Assembly: GCA_951406725.2 (NCBI GenBank)
Contig: OX597817.1
Location: 12,586,001 to 12,650,000, forward strand
Length of the DNA: 64,000 nucleotides
Reading direction: 5' to 3'
From: Octopus vulgaris
Taxonomy: Eukaryota
This document shows, piece after piece, positions 13,117-24,843 of the stretch. Under the pieces are notes generated by a model. It saw only the letters and a list, made by a program, of their open reading frames with translations. It was not told where the DNA came from and did no database searches. The position numbers and the translations under genes are program-made. The first letter of the stretch is position 1, and each line of letters opens with the position of its first letter.

Positions 13117-13423
13117 TGATCACGTGATCACGTGACCGACCAGACCATCAGATGTTTTACACATCGCTGGTCACAATGCGTTCGCATTGTTTTAGCCTTC
13201 GAATGACGCCACCCAGCTGGCTAAGCAAGCAGGCCAACAGACGAAAGAGTAGGAGAAAGAGTGGTGAAAGGGTACAGCAGGGATCATCACCCCCTGCCGG
13301 AGCCTCGTGGAGCTTTTAGGTGTTTTTCGCTCAATAAACACTCACAACGCCTGGTCTGGGAATCGAAACTGCGATCCTAAAACCGCGAGTCCGCTGCCCT
13401 AACCACTAGGCCATTGCGCCTCC
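13117..13423 (-). mobile_element. SINE family C (tail variant 1) with 12-bp TSD ATATCTTTATGT
   Basis: Reverse complement of the 12027 copy; TSD on both flanks. Confidence 0.9.
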
Positions 13424-14411
13424 ATATCTTTATGTACGCCACAAAAATCCCATGCTATTTTTGTCCGTCTTTAGGTTCTGAGTTTAAATTCTGCCGGGGT
13501 CAACTTGTGTCTTTTATCCTTTAAAATAAGCACCAGTTGAGCGTTGGGGTCGATGTAATCGACTTACACCCATCCCCGAACTTGCTGGCCTCGTTCAAAA
13601 ATTTTGAAGCCTATATTTGTCAACGTCTCTCTCTTCCTTCTTTCTCCCATTTGTCGGTCTCCCTCTACTTCTCTCTATATATATAAATGTATGTATATGT
13701 GTATATGTGTGTGTGTGTCTGGATATGCTTGATGGTAGTGCGTAGTTTACGTAGATCACGTGGAAAAGTAAAATGCCCTTAACTTACTAAGAAAACCGAT
13801 CCTTGAACGACTGACTCTGGTACACTCGGGGGAAATTTGGTCAGATGGGGCTCGTGACAATAAATCCTACTTTTTATAATTTCATCTAATTCAATATAAT
13901 AGAATTCTACCCATTTATATCTAAATATCCTCTTTATAAAACTTGAGATGTTATTTCCAGTTCGTGACCTGAGCATTATCTTTATGTACACCACAAAACC
14001 CTGTGCTATTTTGTAATACTTCCGCTGAGGTTAAAAGAGGAAATTCTGTTATGTACCGATTGAAACTGAGGCCTAACTCTTGCAATTTCTTGGAAACTAT
14101 TCTAATAGTTTAAGTACTATTAAGTAACCAGTTTAGTTAAGCCTGGGGACCAATTTTGTTTTCATTGTGAATGAAGTGACCAGAAATTGTTTGACCAAGA
14201 CATAAGATTGTACGATAGAGCTCAGGTTTATGAATTAACTGTGCTATACATTTTACACTAACATTCGAATATATGAAAATGTGATGTATTTTCTATCGTT
14301 TTTCTCGGCAGACATTTAAATCTGTATGAGCCGTTGATTAACCATATTTATATGAATTCGTGTACACACACAAACACAAACACACACGTATATATATATA
14401 CATATATATAA

Positions 14412-14452
<41 letters not shown>

Positions 14453-14454
14453 TG

Positions 14455-14515
<61 letters not shown>

Positions 14516-14684
14516 ATATAATATAAATAATATATAAATATATGCATATATACATACATATATGTACGTACCTACATAAATATGTATATATACATGCATA
14601 TATGGGTACAGGACATCAAAAAAACGTTGAACACAATGAGAAACGAAAACAGTAAACACATTCGTTTCTCATTGTGTTTATATA

Positions 14685-14991
14685 TCTTTATATATAAAAT
14701 TGTAGTTGTGTGTGTGAGACTCTGTCTCCTCCGATTTAGATTCCTAACTACTCCCACATTTTGCGGTGCAGTTTAACCAAAAGCGGGTATCTTATAGTCG
14801 TGATTCATATCGAGCCCTTCTGTGTATTAGCGCGCATCTACGATGAGTCTACGATTTTAAAAATAATTTACCATCATTTTTCCGCATTTTTAATGATTTT
14901 TGCTCGAGTCATATAAGGGAAGTAACTCTCTAAAAATGCTTATATAGTTATTTCCCTTACAAACCCGAGCAACGCCGGGCGATGCTGCTAG
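14685..14991 (+). mobile_element. Non-autonomous Helitron
   Basis: A|TC start, subterminal hairpin CCCGAGCAACGCCGGG, CTAG|T end, no TSD. Confidence 0.8.
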
Positions 14992-15043
14992 TTATTTATA
15001 TCATTATATGATCGAACGCCACGCTTCATTTTCCAAGTAAGTT

Positions 15044-15093
<50 letters not shown>

Positions 15094-15189
15094 GTCTATC
15101 TATCTATATATGTACGCCGCTATAAATATATCTAAAATAAAATACAAAATGGGACAAGAACGCAAAACATCCGGGCAACTAGGTGATAC

Positions 15190-15854
15190 AAAAGGGGACA
15201 ACAAAACATCCAGATAGGCGATACAAAAAAACACGGACGAAGACTTTTATCTTCAGCCAAGAACCGGATCATCCTCGTAATTTCGGCTGATTAATCTTGA
15301 GATTGCTCCAATCTGGACAGACCCAAGGAAAAACTAAGCTAAGAGCATTTGATTCCTTGGAAAAAAGTAACGAATGTATACCTCCTTAATTCCTTTGTTC
15401 CTCTTTTTCTCTCTCTTCTCTTCTAAAGTTACCGTTGGCCGACTGCTAGCCCTTTTGCGTTTGACTGTGGTCACTGCCTCGTCGATAATCTTCCCTCTGC
15501 CGTAAGGCTTAATTTCCATACACGCCAGCTGAATTCAAATCGTCCCCAGTCGAAAGACGCCTGTTGTAATGTCTTGTTATTATTATTATCATTGTTTTTA
15601 TTATTGTATTTTGTATTCATATTCGTGTAATATCGTTTATTTTTCCGTCCTTGTTTCGTATACATTTGTTGCTTTTTTCCAAGGAATCTAATGCTCTTAG
15701 CTTAGTTTTTCCTTGGAGTTGGCCAGATTGGAGCTATCTCAAGATTAATCAGCCGAAATTACGAGGATGATCCGGTTCTTGGCTGAAGATAAAAGGCTTC
15801 GAATGACCCGTCCGTGTTTTTTTTGTATCGTCTATCTGGATGTTTTATTGTCCT
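15190..15854. mobile_element. ~190-bp inverted repeat pair with ~280-bp spacer; probable Penelope-like inverted pseudo-LTR remnant
   Basis: 15190-15380 is the reverse complement of 15658-15854; the Penelope assignment is inferred from the arrangement only. Confidence 0.5.
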
Positions 15855-15930
15855 TGGGCAAGTGTCTTCTGCTATAGCCTCGGGGCGATTTGGTAGGCGG
15901 AAACAGAAAGAAGCCTGTTGTATATATATA

Positions 15931-16316
15931 TCTCTCTATATATAAACGGCAGTTTGTCTGTGCGTGTTTCTGTGTGTCTGTTTGCTTGTACCCTCACCCT
16001 GACCACGGCTTTCAACCGATTCTGATGAAACTTGACACACACATAGCCCAATGTCATAATTCAAAACTAACGCTGTGAAAATTTTGAAAAAGTTCCCCCA
16101 GTTCTGAAAAAAATTGATAAATTCGACATGGGGTCGAGAATCAGAAACACGAACCACAAATTGTCTAGGGGACGCAACTCCACCTTTTTTAAATCTCAAA
16201 AAAAAATTTACCATCATTTTTTTCCATTATTTTGCTATTTTTTGGCTATAACTCTCTAAAAATGCTTTATAGTTATTTCCCTTACAAACCTGAGCAACGC
16301 CGGGCGATACTGCTAG
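15931..16316 (+). mobile_element. Non-autonomous Helitron inserted in the microsatellite of a SINE-A copy (15853-16582)
   Basis: A|TC start, GAGCAACGCCGGG hairpin, CTAG|T end; shares its 3' ~110 bp with 14685-14991. Confidence 0.82.
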
Positions 16317-16733
16317 TATACATATATATATATGTGTGTGTGTGCGCGAGCGCGAGCGCGTGTGTATGTATGTTTATGTGTCTGTGTTTGTCCCCCAGCA
16401 TCGCTTGACAACCGATTCTGGTGTGTTTACATCCCCGTAACTTAGCGGTTCGGCAAAAAGAGACCGATTAAAAAATAAGTACTCGGCTTATAAAGAATAA
16501 TTCCTGGGGTCGATTTCTTCGACGAGAGGCGGTGCTCCAGCATGGCCTCAGTCAAATGACTGAAACAAGTAAAAGAGTAAAGATATATATATAGCCATGC
16601 TGCTTTCTACTTCAGTCGCTTAAATATTCGGTACCGTGAAATTCAGGATCAGAATTTATGAAGACTCGGCTTCTAATAAAATAGAATGCACTCTACTTTA
16701 TGAATAAAGTATAATTCAATTGCGACAAAACCC

Positions 16734-17148
16734 GGATCTTTTCGGTTTGAACGGCAGTTTTTCTAGCGGTATCATATGAAATTGTCACCCATAATTATGA
16801 CCCTAGTATCGATCTGTTGCATTTCAATCTGTTTTAGGGTTAGGCATAGGGGTGGGGGAGGGTATCTGTTTTTCTTCAGAAATGTAAATAAACCCAATCT
16901 GTTTCTTAAACGAGGGACATATTCATACGGCACAGAATGTTTTCACCTCAATTGACCTCATTGATTGGTTGAAATTGCAGAAATTGAAGAAAAAAAACAA
17001 CAAATATCTTACAAACTATCGAATTTTCTCAACAAAGCCAAGAGAAAAAGATGTTTTATAAACACATTCTACCAGTATACGAAGTTTAAAAGTGTTTAGT
17101 TACGTGGAAATTATTTAAAAAAAACTGCCGTTCAAACCATAAAGATCC
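16734..17148. mobile_element. MITE with ~28-bp TIR (GGATCTTTTCGGTTTGAACGGCAGTTTT) and 8-bp TSD CAAAACCC
   Basis: TIRs and TSD read directly; internal TTAGGG-like module. Confidence 0.88.
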
Positions 17149-17723
17149 CAAAACCCCTCTTAATATTAAGTTTTCACTGCATAAACTAGATTGATGATTC
17201 GCCTTTGAGTAAGTTTGCTCCCACTTACACTGAAAACAGATACTTAAGAATTATTTCAGAAAGCCGAAGAATGTCCTCAAGAAGGATGTCTCACATCCGT
17301 TCTGAGATATTATCTCTGTGAATCTAACCATTCTAAAACCCTTCACGATGCATTATTCTCATTTCGCCTTTCTTTCGTGATCAAAATACTATTCCATCTG
17401 GTTTCAAAACCAAGTAAAACATTCATTGCCTTTAGAGCTTTAGTTAAGCTATACACACACACACAAAAAAAAAACAACGGAGAACCAGAGGGTGTTGGTG
17501 AAAGATTTATTACTTACATTTAGTTAAACACATGAGGACGAGAACTGTCGTTCAACACTTGCTTCGAAGAAGTCCCGCCTAACTGGAAGTTCACTTCACT
17601 GCAGACCAGCTTCCTAGCTAGCCCGCAGCGAAATTCTTGTATGCGGTACGTCCGCCATAAGTCTGTGACGAAGAGGCCCGAAAATCTGATGATGATGTGT
17701 TGGTTGGAGTTATCGGACGTAAC

Positions 17724-17797
<74 letters not shown>

Positions 17798-17909
17798 GTG
17801 ATGGTGATGGTGGTGGTGGTGGTGGTGGTGATGATGATGATGATGATGATGATGATGGTGGTGGTGATGATGATGATGGTGGTGGTGGTGGTGGTGGTGG
17901 TGGTGGTGG

Positions 17910-17950
<41 letters not shown>

Positions 17951-17954
17951 GTGG

Positions 17955-18001
<47 letters not shown>
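17724..18001. repeat. (GAT)n/(GGT)n compound trinucleotide repeat
   Basis: Direct reading. Confidence 0.97.
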
Positions 18002-18560
18002 GTAGAGTATGTCTTTTTGTTGAAAAGTTTGTAACTCAAAGGCGAAGTTTCAAACAAGATGATTTATTTTCGTTACATTTACAATTATAAATCAACCACG
18101 TCGGATCGATGAAAATCAACATACAATGTTAACGGTGTGCATTTGTTGACAATCTACTTAGCCTTGTGAAATCACTACTGAGGAAAGGGTGTATGACAGA
18201 TGTGATAGAAAGAGTAATCTATGAATGTTGTAGGCATGGCACTTAGAGAGATTAATCAAGTGTGAGTAGATATCGGTGTGAAACAAAGGAGCAGGTGAGA
18301 AAGGAGAGATGCTTACAATAGTTTTCATTTGAACCAGTGACTTCGTTTCTTGTTCAGCCCGAAAATCGTCTGCAACAGGCTCTCACGATCGCAAGCAGGG
18401 AACTGACCCCTTTGGCTGATCAGTTGGTCGTATTTATAGTCTGCAGCCGATAGAAAGATGGACAAACCTTATCTATATATTCAGGACAGATCCGGTTCAT
18501 CTGAACTTAATTTCACCTAAATTAATTTCATTAAAACTCAATCATTGTTTCAATTGACAG

Positions 18561-18763
18561 GACAAAGAAGTTTTTCCCGCCGCAAACTGATTTGACGGGC
18601 GAAAGTGCGATCAGTAAATCTGAGATGCGGTTTCAAAGCTCAGGCGATAGAACTGATATTCGTTCTTTATATGAGTCTCCTTCCAGTGAATTTGTCGGTA
18701 CGACAAACGAAACGATACAAGAACATGCTGCGGTTCCGTACTATTTACCTTTGTGTGAAAAGG
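18561..18763 (+). other. Candidate isolated exon (203 bp, open frame)
   Basis: TTTCAATTGACAG acceptor, AG G|GTGAGT donor, one frame open throughout (TKKFFPPQTDLTGESAISKSEMRF...PLCEK); no recognisable homology. Confidence 0.25.
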
Positions 18764-18914
18764 GTGAGTGCGTGTGTGCACAATCCTGGCAAAAGTTAAT
18801 TGACTTCGCTATCAAAAAAAAAAAAAAAAGAAACCAGAAGAACGAAGGCAAAAATGTGCTCTGTGAAAATGAATGTGAAGCAGGCAGTTCGGAGTGAATG
18901 TGGTGTGCATGAGT

Positions 18915-19291
18915 GGAGGCGCAATGGCCCAGTGGTTAGGGCAGCGGACTCGCGGTCGTAGGATCGCGGTTTCGATTCCCAGACCGGGCGTTGTGAGTGT
19001 TTATTGAGCGAAAACACCTAAAAGCTCCACGAGGCTCCGAGGCTCCGGTAGGGATGGTGGTGATCCCGGCTGTACTCTTTCACCACAACTTTCTCTCACT
19101 CTTACTTCCTGTTTCTGTTGTACCTGTATTTCAAGGGGCCGGCCTTGTCACGCTGAATATCCCCGAGAACTACGTTAAGGGTACACGTGTCTGTGGAGTG
19201 CTCAGCCACTTACACGTTAATTTCACGAGCAGGCTGTTTCGTTGATCGGATCAACCGGAATCCGCGTCGTCGTAACCGACGGAGTGCTTCC
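18915..19291 (+). mobile_element. SINE family C (tail variant 2) with 12-bp TSD GTGTGCATGAGT
   Basis: tRNA-like head; tail ...CGTAACCGACGGAGTGCTTCC; TSD on both sides. Confidence 0.9.
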
Positions 19292-19429
19292 AAGTGTGCA
19301 TGAGTTGTGACAGAAGAAATTACGCTATATTTCTCGTGATGAAAGTCGAATAGCTGAAATTCATTGGGGCCTGAAAATGCTAGTAGCCATGTGGAGATGC
19401 TTGCGACTTGGTTATTTGAGTGCGTGCGT

Positions 19430-20600
19430 GAACATTGCTTTCGAAGTGATGTAGATGGTGGAAAACCCACTATAGATCTAACCTTATCTGGGAGTGGACG
19501 AACGACTTCCATCCTTATCCACAACGTGCCTGAGAAAATGAAGGGGCGAAACTCCAAAGTTGCATTTGATGGGGTTGATAATGATCCGTATTCGCGCAAA
19601 CGTTGAAAAATCAGGTGCGGGTGTCCCTCGTGTTCGCCGTCGGAGCTGCTGGCCACGATAAGTCGTTCATACAGGCATAGAGGAAAGGTAAGCCTCGGGT
19701 AACCGTATCGATGAATCTCCGGAAAGTCTGTGCAGCATTTCGCAAGCCGAAAGGCATACGCAAAATTGCAAATGTTCCGTTGGCCTGTGGATGATAGGCT
19801 GTTGTGCGCTTCATTGTGATTCCAAAAAGGTCACACATGTCATTCCACAGCTTCGAGGTGAGCTGTGGTCCCCCATCGGATGAGATGCTGTCTGGAATAC
19901 CGAAACGGACAAACCAAGTTATGTGTTGGATGTCCGCGGTCTACTCAGAAAAGGCTGATAACTGTCCTTGCTGACGCGCAGTCCAAGGCTCTGAGACCCT
20001 TCTCATAGCGAAGGTGAGTGGTTTGTGGTCTGTCAACACTGTAAACGTGCGGCCTTCAAGAAAATAGTGAAAGTGGCGGAGACCTATATAGACAGCCAGC
20101 AGTTCCCTGTCAAAAGCACTGCATTTCTGTTCAGGTGGTCGTAGTTGTTGACTGAAGAAGGAAAGTGGTCGCCACTGATCATTGATGCTTTGTTCCAAAA
20201 CCGCCCCCTTATGACTGTGACGGAGGCATTGACTGTGAGTGCAGTCCAAGCTGATATATGAGGATGGGACAACAGGGTTACTTTAGCTAGGGCTTGTTTT
20301 GTAGATTTGAAAGCTGAGGTCATTGTACCATCTCACTCCCCCTATTTTTTAAAGCCATGTTTTCGACATAGTCTTTTATAGGGGTCTCATCACTCTTGCT
20401 GAGGAAGGGATGAAGCGATGGTAAAAGTTTAACATGTTCACAAATTGGTGTAGAGCCTTGCCTGTGGTGGGACGGGGAAAGGATAAGATAGATTTCACTT
20501 TTTCTAGCAGGGGTGTAGCACCAACACTTGTGATTCGATGTCCCAGAGAGACTTGCTACTGCAAAGACCGAGTTTGACAACATGGAGGCGTTGGGCATCG
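19430..20600 (-). mobile_element. Decayed, rearranged Ty3/Gypsy pol fragments (RT, RNase H, integrase)
   Basis: RMPFGLRNAAQTF; GAVLEQ...PLSFFS...AFDRELLA...FTVLTDHKPL; RFGIPDSISSDGGPQ...TTAYHPQANG; stops and frameshifts. Confidence 0.9.
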
Positions 20601-20629
20601 GTCCCGGGAAGTGCTCATCTAGTGCTTTT

Positions 20630-20942
20630 TTTTATCAATCTCTAAAGGATGAAAGGTAAATTCAGCCTCGGTGGAACTTGAACTCAGAACGTAGCGATGG
20701 ACAAAATACCTATTTCTTTACTACCTACAAGGGGCGAAACACAGAGGGGACAAACAAGGACAGACAAACGGAGTAAGTCGATTATATCGACCCCAGTGAG
20801 TAACTGGTACTTATTTAATCGACCCCGAAACGAGGAAAGGCAAAGTCGACCTCGGCGGAATTTGAACTCAGAACGTAACGGCAGACATAATACCGCTAAG
20901 CATTTCACCCGGCGTGCTAACGGTTCTACCAGCTCGCCGCCT
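20630..20942 (-). mobile_element. SINE-B copy inserted into an older SINE-B
   Basis: Full unit 20711-20942 followed on the minus strand by GGTATTT and a diverged body fragment. Confidence 0.8.
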
Positions 20943-21100
20943 TAAAGATGTTATTTATATTGCATCATATCTCGTTAACTTAAAGTTGCCACACTTAACA
21001 ATTAAAAATACAAGATTTTATTAGAAAGGTTTGTTAAGAAAAAATGTTAGATGAACGCCTTACCTAGCACGAAACCTGAATTCTAATGAAAAATTCTTTA

Positions 21101-21301
21101 GTAACAATCTCAAGAAATACCTTCAATACACCACGGGTCTCTTCGTAGATCAAACCAGAGATACGTTCTACACCACCTCGACGAGCAAGATGACGGATAG
21201 CGAGTTTAGGGATATCCTGAATGTTATCCCTCAACACTTTCCTGTGACGCTTAGCGCTCCCCTTTGCCCAATCCTTTTCCTCCTTTACCACGTCCACTCA
21301 T
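21101..21301 (-). pseudogene. H4: Histone H4 pseudogene fragment (N-terminal ~65 codons, +1 frameshift, 3' truncated)
   Basis: [14 protein letters not shown] / [50 protein letters not shown]; several substitutions at normally invariant H4 residues. Confidence 0.92.
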
Positions 21302-21329
21302 GATTATTTCTTACGAGTAAAAATGCATA

Positions 21330-21506
21330 GGTGCAGGAGTGGCTGTGTGGTAATTAGCTTGCTTACCAAACACATGGTTCCGGGTTCCGTCCCACTGCGT
21401 AGCACCTTGGGCAAGTGTCCTCTACTATAGCCTCGGGCCGACCAAAGCCTTGTGAGTGGATTTGGCAGACTGAAACTGAAAGAAGCCCGTCCTATATATG
21501 TATAAG

Positions 21507-21541
<35 letters not shown>

Positions 21542-21968
21542 ATGTGTGTGTGTGTGTGTCTATCCCACCAACATCGCTTGACAACCGATACTAGTGTGTT
21601 TACGTCCCCGTAACTTAGCGGTTTGGTAAAAGAGACCGATAGAATAAGTACAAGGCTTACAAAGAATAAGTCCTGGGGGTTGATTTGCTTGACTAAAGGC
21701 GGTGCTCCAGCATGGCCACAGTCAAATGACTGAAACAAGTAAAAAAAGTAAAAGAGTAACAATCTGATTTCAGTTTTTAAAGGAACTATATTAGGAACTA
21801 TATATAGGCGCAGGAGTGGCTGTGTGGTAAGTAGCTTGTTTACCAACCACATGGTTCTGGGTTCAGTCCCACTGCGTGGCACCTTGGGCAAATGTCTTCT
21901 ACTATAGCTTCGGGCCGACCAATGCCTTGTGAGTGGATTTGGTAGACGGAAACTGAAAGAAGCCCGTC

Positions 21969-22003
<35 letters not shown>

Positions 22004-22214
22004 TGTGTGCGTTTGTGTGTCTGTGATTGTCCCCCTAGCATTGCTTGACAACCGATGCTGGTGTGTTTATGTCCCCGTTACTTAGCGGTTCGGCAAAAGA
22101 GACCGATAGAATAAGTACAGGGCTTACAAAAGAATAAGTCCCGGGGTCGAGTTGCTCGATTTAAGGCGGTGCTCCAGCATGGCCGCAGTCAAATGACTGA
22201 AACAAGTAAAGAGT
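21330..22214 (+). mobile_element. Two adjacent SINE-A copies (21330-21757, 21807-22214)
   Basis: Family consensus match. Confidence 0.9.
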
Positions 22215-22397
22215 ACTAAATTTTAAACACAAAGCAATTCAAATGATCTTCGCGACTTAGATGAGATTAAAAATATTACGATATAACCTATATTTTCCTG
22301 ACATGCTTTTTTAATCCTCCAACTGAAAGGCACACATTTCCGCTGATTGCATGTCGTCTGTTGTGAACAAAAGCGATATCATAATTTACAATGGGAG

Positions 22398-22623
22398 GGC
22401 GGCGAGCTGGCAGAAACGTTAGCACGCCGGGCGAAATGCCGTATTTCGTCTGTCGCTACGTTCTGAGTTCAAATTCCGCCGAGGTCGACTTTGCCTTTCA
22501 TCCTTTCGGGGTCGATAAATAAAGTACCAGTTTCCCACTGGAGTCGATGTAATCGACTTAATTCCTTTGTCTGTCCTTGTTTGTCCCCTCTATGTTTAGC
22601 CCCTTGTGGGTAGTAAAGAAATA
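22398..22623 (+). mobile_element. SINE-B with 16-bp TSD CATAATTTACAATGGG
   Basis: TSD at 22380-22395 and 22624-22639. Confidence 0.92.
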
Positions 22624-23330
22624 CATAATTTACAATGGGTTGATTCCTATCAGTTCTCTGATGGCTGACAAAGCATGCGTAACTCAGATATTTCCTCCTA
22701 TAAATCACACACATAAAAAGCAACATTCCTTCATTTCCCACCGGTTCATTCTTTCTAAGCCTTCTCTTGATCTTTTCGAGCTTCCTTTTCTCTCTTTCAA
22801 ACTTCGAACAACCGCTGCGCGCTCTTTTCCTTCCGCCATCCACGTCGGTCTTGTGCTTCAATCTCCCCAATCAACAACTGAAACTCCTGTCTGTGTCAGA
22901 GCAATTCTTAGTCAGTCCTTGAACCTCCTTTTGGATTTATGTGCTGGCCTCATATCATCCCCCAGTTCACCATACAAAAGTTGCTTGGGAAGTCTTCCAT
23001 CATATATTCGAATCAGATTCACCCCACCTCAAATTATTGCCGGTTGTTCGCAGCTGTTTATTGTTGCTTCAACGTGTACATATATGTACATGTATAAATG
23101 TAGGTGGGCGCGCGCGTGTGTGTGTGTGCATGTGTGTATAAATACGTACATGCATGAATATATGATGCAATTTTCATTTTGTAAGTCATAGCTGTATACC
23201 AGTACTCTTGTGTGAGTCACACTTCATTTGACGTATATTCGGTTACCAAGTGGTATAGCTTTTTTTTGTTACTTGAAAGAGGAAACCCAGTCTTTACAAG
23301 AGACCAATCATAACCGTGTAAAGACTTGCC

Positions 23331-24114
23331 GGATCTTTTCCTTTTGAACGGCAGTTTTCAACACAATTTCTAGTTAACTAAACACTTTTAAACTTCGTAC
23401 ACCGGTAGAATGTGTTTATAAAACATCATTTTTTCTTGGCTTTATTGAGAAAATTCTATAGTTTGTAAGATATTTCCACTTTAATTTCGAGCATTTCGGC
23501 AATTTTAACCAATCGCTTACCTCCATTTGGGGTGAAAACATTCCGTGCTGTATGAATATGTCCCTCCTTTAAGAAACAGATTGGGTTTATTTACATTTGC
23601 GAAGAAAAAAAGATACCCTTCCCCAACCCTAACCGTAACCGTAACCCTAAAACAGATTGTAATGCAATAGATCGATACTAGGGTTATAAGTATGGGTGAC
23701 ATTTTCATTTGACACCGCTAGAAAAAAATCCCATTTTCCGTAGCGGTGTCGTATGAAAATGTCACCCATAATTATAACCCTAGTATCGATCTATTGCATT
23801 TCAATCTGTTTTAGGGTTAGGGTTAGGAGTGGGGGAAGGGTATCTTTTTTCTTCGCAAATGTAAATAAACCCAATCTGTTTCTTAAACGAGGGACATATT
23901 CATACAGCACGGAATGTTTTCACCCCAAATGGACTCCAGCGATTGGTTAAAATTGTCGAAATTAAAGTGGAAATATCTTACAAACTATAGAATTTTCTCA
24001 ATAAAGCCAAGAAAAAATGATGTTTATAAACACATTCTACCAGTATACGAAGTTTAAAAGTGTTTAGTTAACTAGAAATTGTGTTGACATATGCCGTTCA
24101 AAAGGAAAAGATCC
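23331..24114. mobile_element. 784-bp foldback (palindromic dimer) of the GGATC MITE with 8-bp TSD GACTTGCC
   Basis: Two ~380-bp arms are reverse complements around a ~20-nt loop near 23720-23740; TSD at 23323-23330 and 24115-24122. Confidence 0.9.
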
Positions 24115-24214
24115 GACTTGCCTAATTACGTACATTGTCCTGTGTCAATAACTTGAACTTTCCGAGTCTAATCGCGTGCTGAGAGTGAATGTGTGCTCTT
24201 TTTTGCTGTCACGT

Positions 24215-24843
24215 TTCAGGAATGAACCTTTTTTGGACCGAATAGCGACTAATGTTGAGAAATTGGTTCTCTATAGAAATGTCAAGCGCCGAGGACAGTG
24301 GATAGGGAAAAGAGAAACACCGGCAACCTAGGCTAAAGAAGGTCTTCACCCACGTAAAGTATTGTTATCTGTTTGGTGGGATATGGAAGGTTTAGTCCAC
24401 TTTGAACTTTTAAACCCAAACCAAACGATAACAAAGGAAATCTACTGCGAGCAGCTTCAGCGGCTGAAGTCAGCGCTAGAAGAAAACGACCATCTTTGGT
24501 TTGAAGATGAAAGGTGTTCGTCCGTCAGGATAAAGCTTGGCTACATACATCAAGGATGACACTCCAAAGGCTGGATCAGTTTGAATGGGAAACGGTGTCT
24601 CACCCACCATATTCGCCGAACATTGGACGGAAAAAAATGAATTCTGAAGACGAGGTCAGAACAGTGCTGGAGGAGTATTTTCCGTCAGAAACAAGTGAAT
24701 TTTGGAAGAGTGGCCTTGCAAATGGAAGAGCATTGTAGAAAACAAAGGAGAGAATATTTTAGATTAAAAAAGAACTTTATCTTAATTTTGAAAAATAAAA
24801 GAAGTATAAAAAGAAACTGCATTATTTATGGGGTGACTCAATA
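24215..24843 (+). mobile_element. Mariner transposase remnant with 3' TIR
   Basis: GLHPRKVLLSVWWD, YCEQLQRL, QDKAWLH, HPPYSPN motifs; ends TTATTTATGGGGTGACTCAA|TA. Confidence 0.88.

Noticed and set aside
17641-18090. Poly-Asp/Gly ORF resembling an acidic biomineralisation protein
   Set aside because: Pure GAT/GGT codons with no synonymous variation, no signal peptide and no splice support; trinucleotide repeat
18915-18990. tRNA genes at SINE heads
   Set aside because: A/B boxes are present but there is no closed acceptor stem, and each is followed by the SINE body
23625-23650. Interstitial telomere / chromosome fusion site (inverted TTAGGG tracts)
   Set aside because: Only 2-3 degenerate units, internal to a MITE with a TSD
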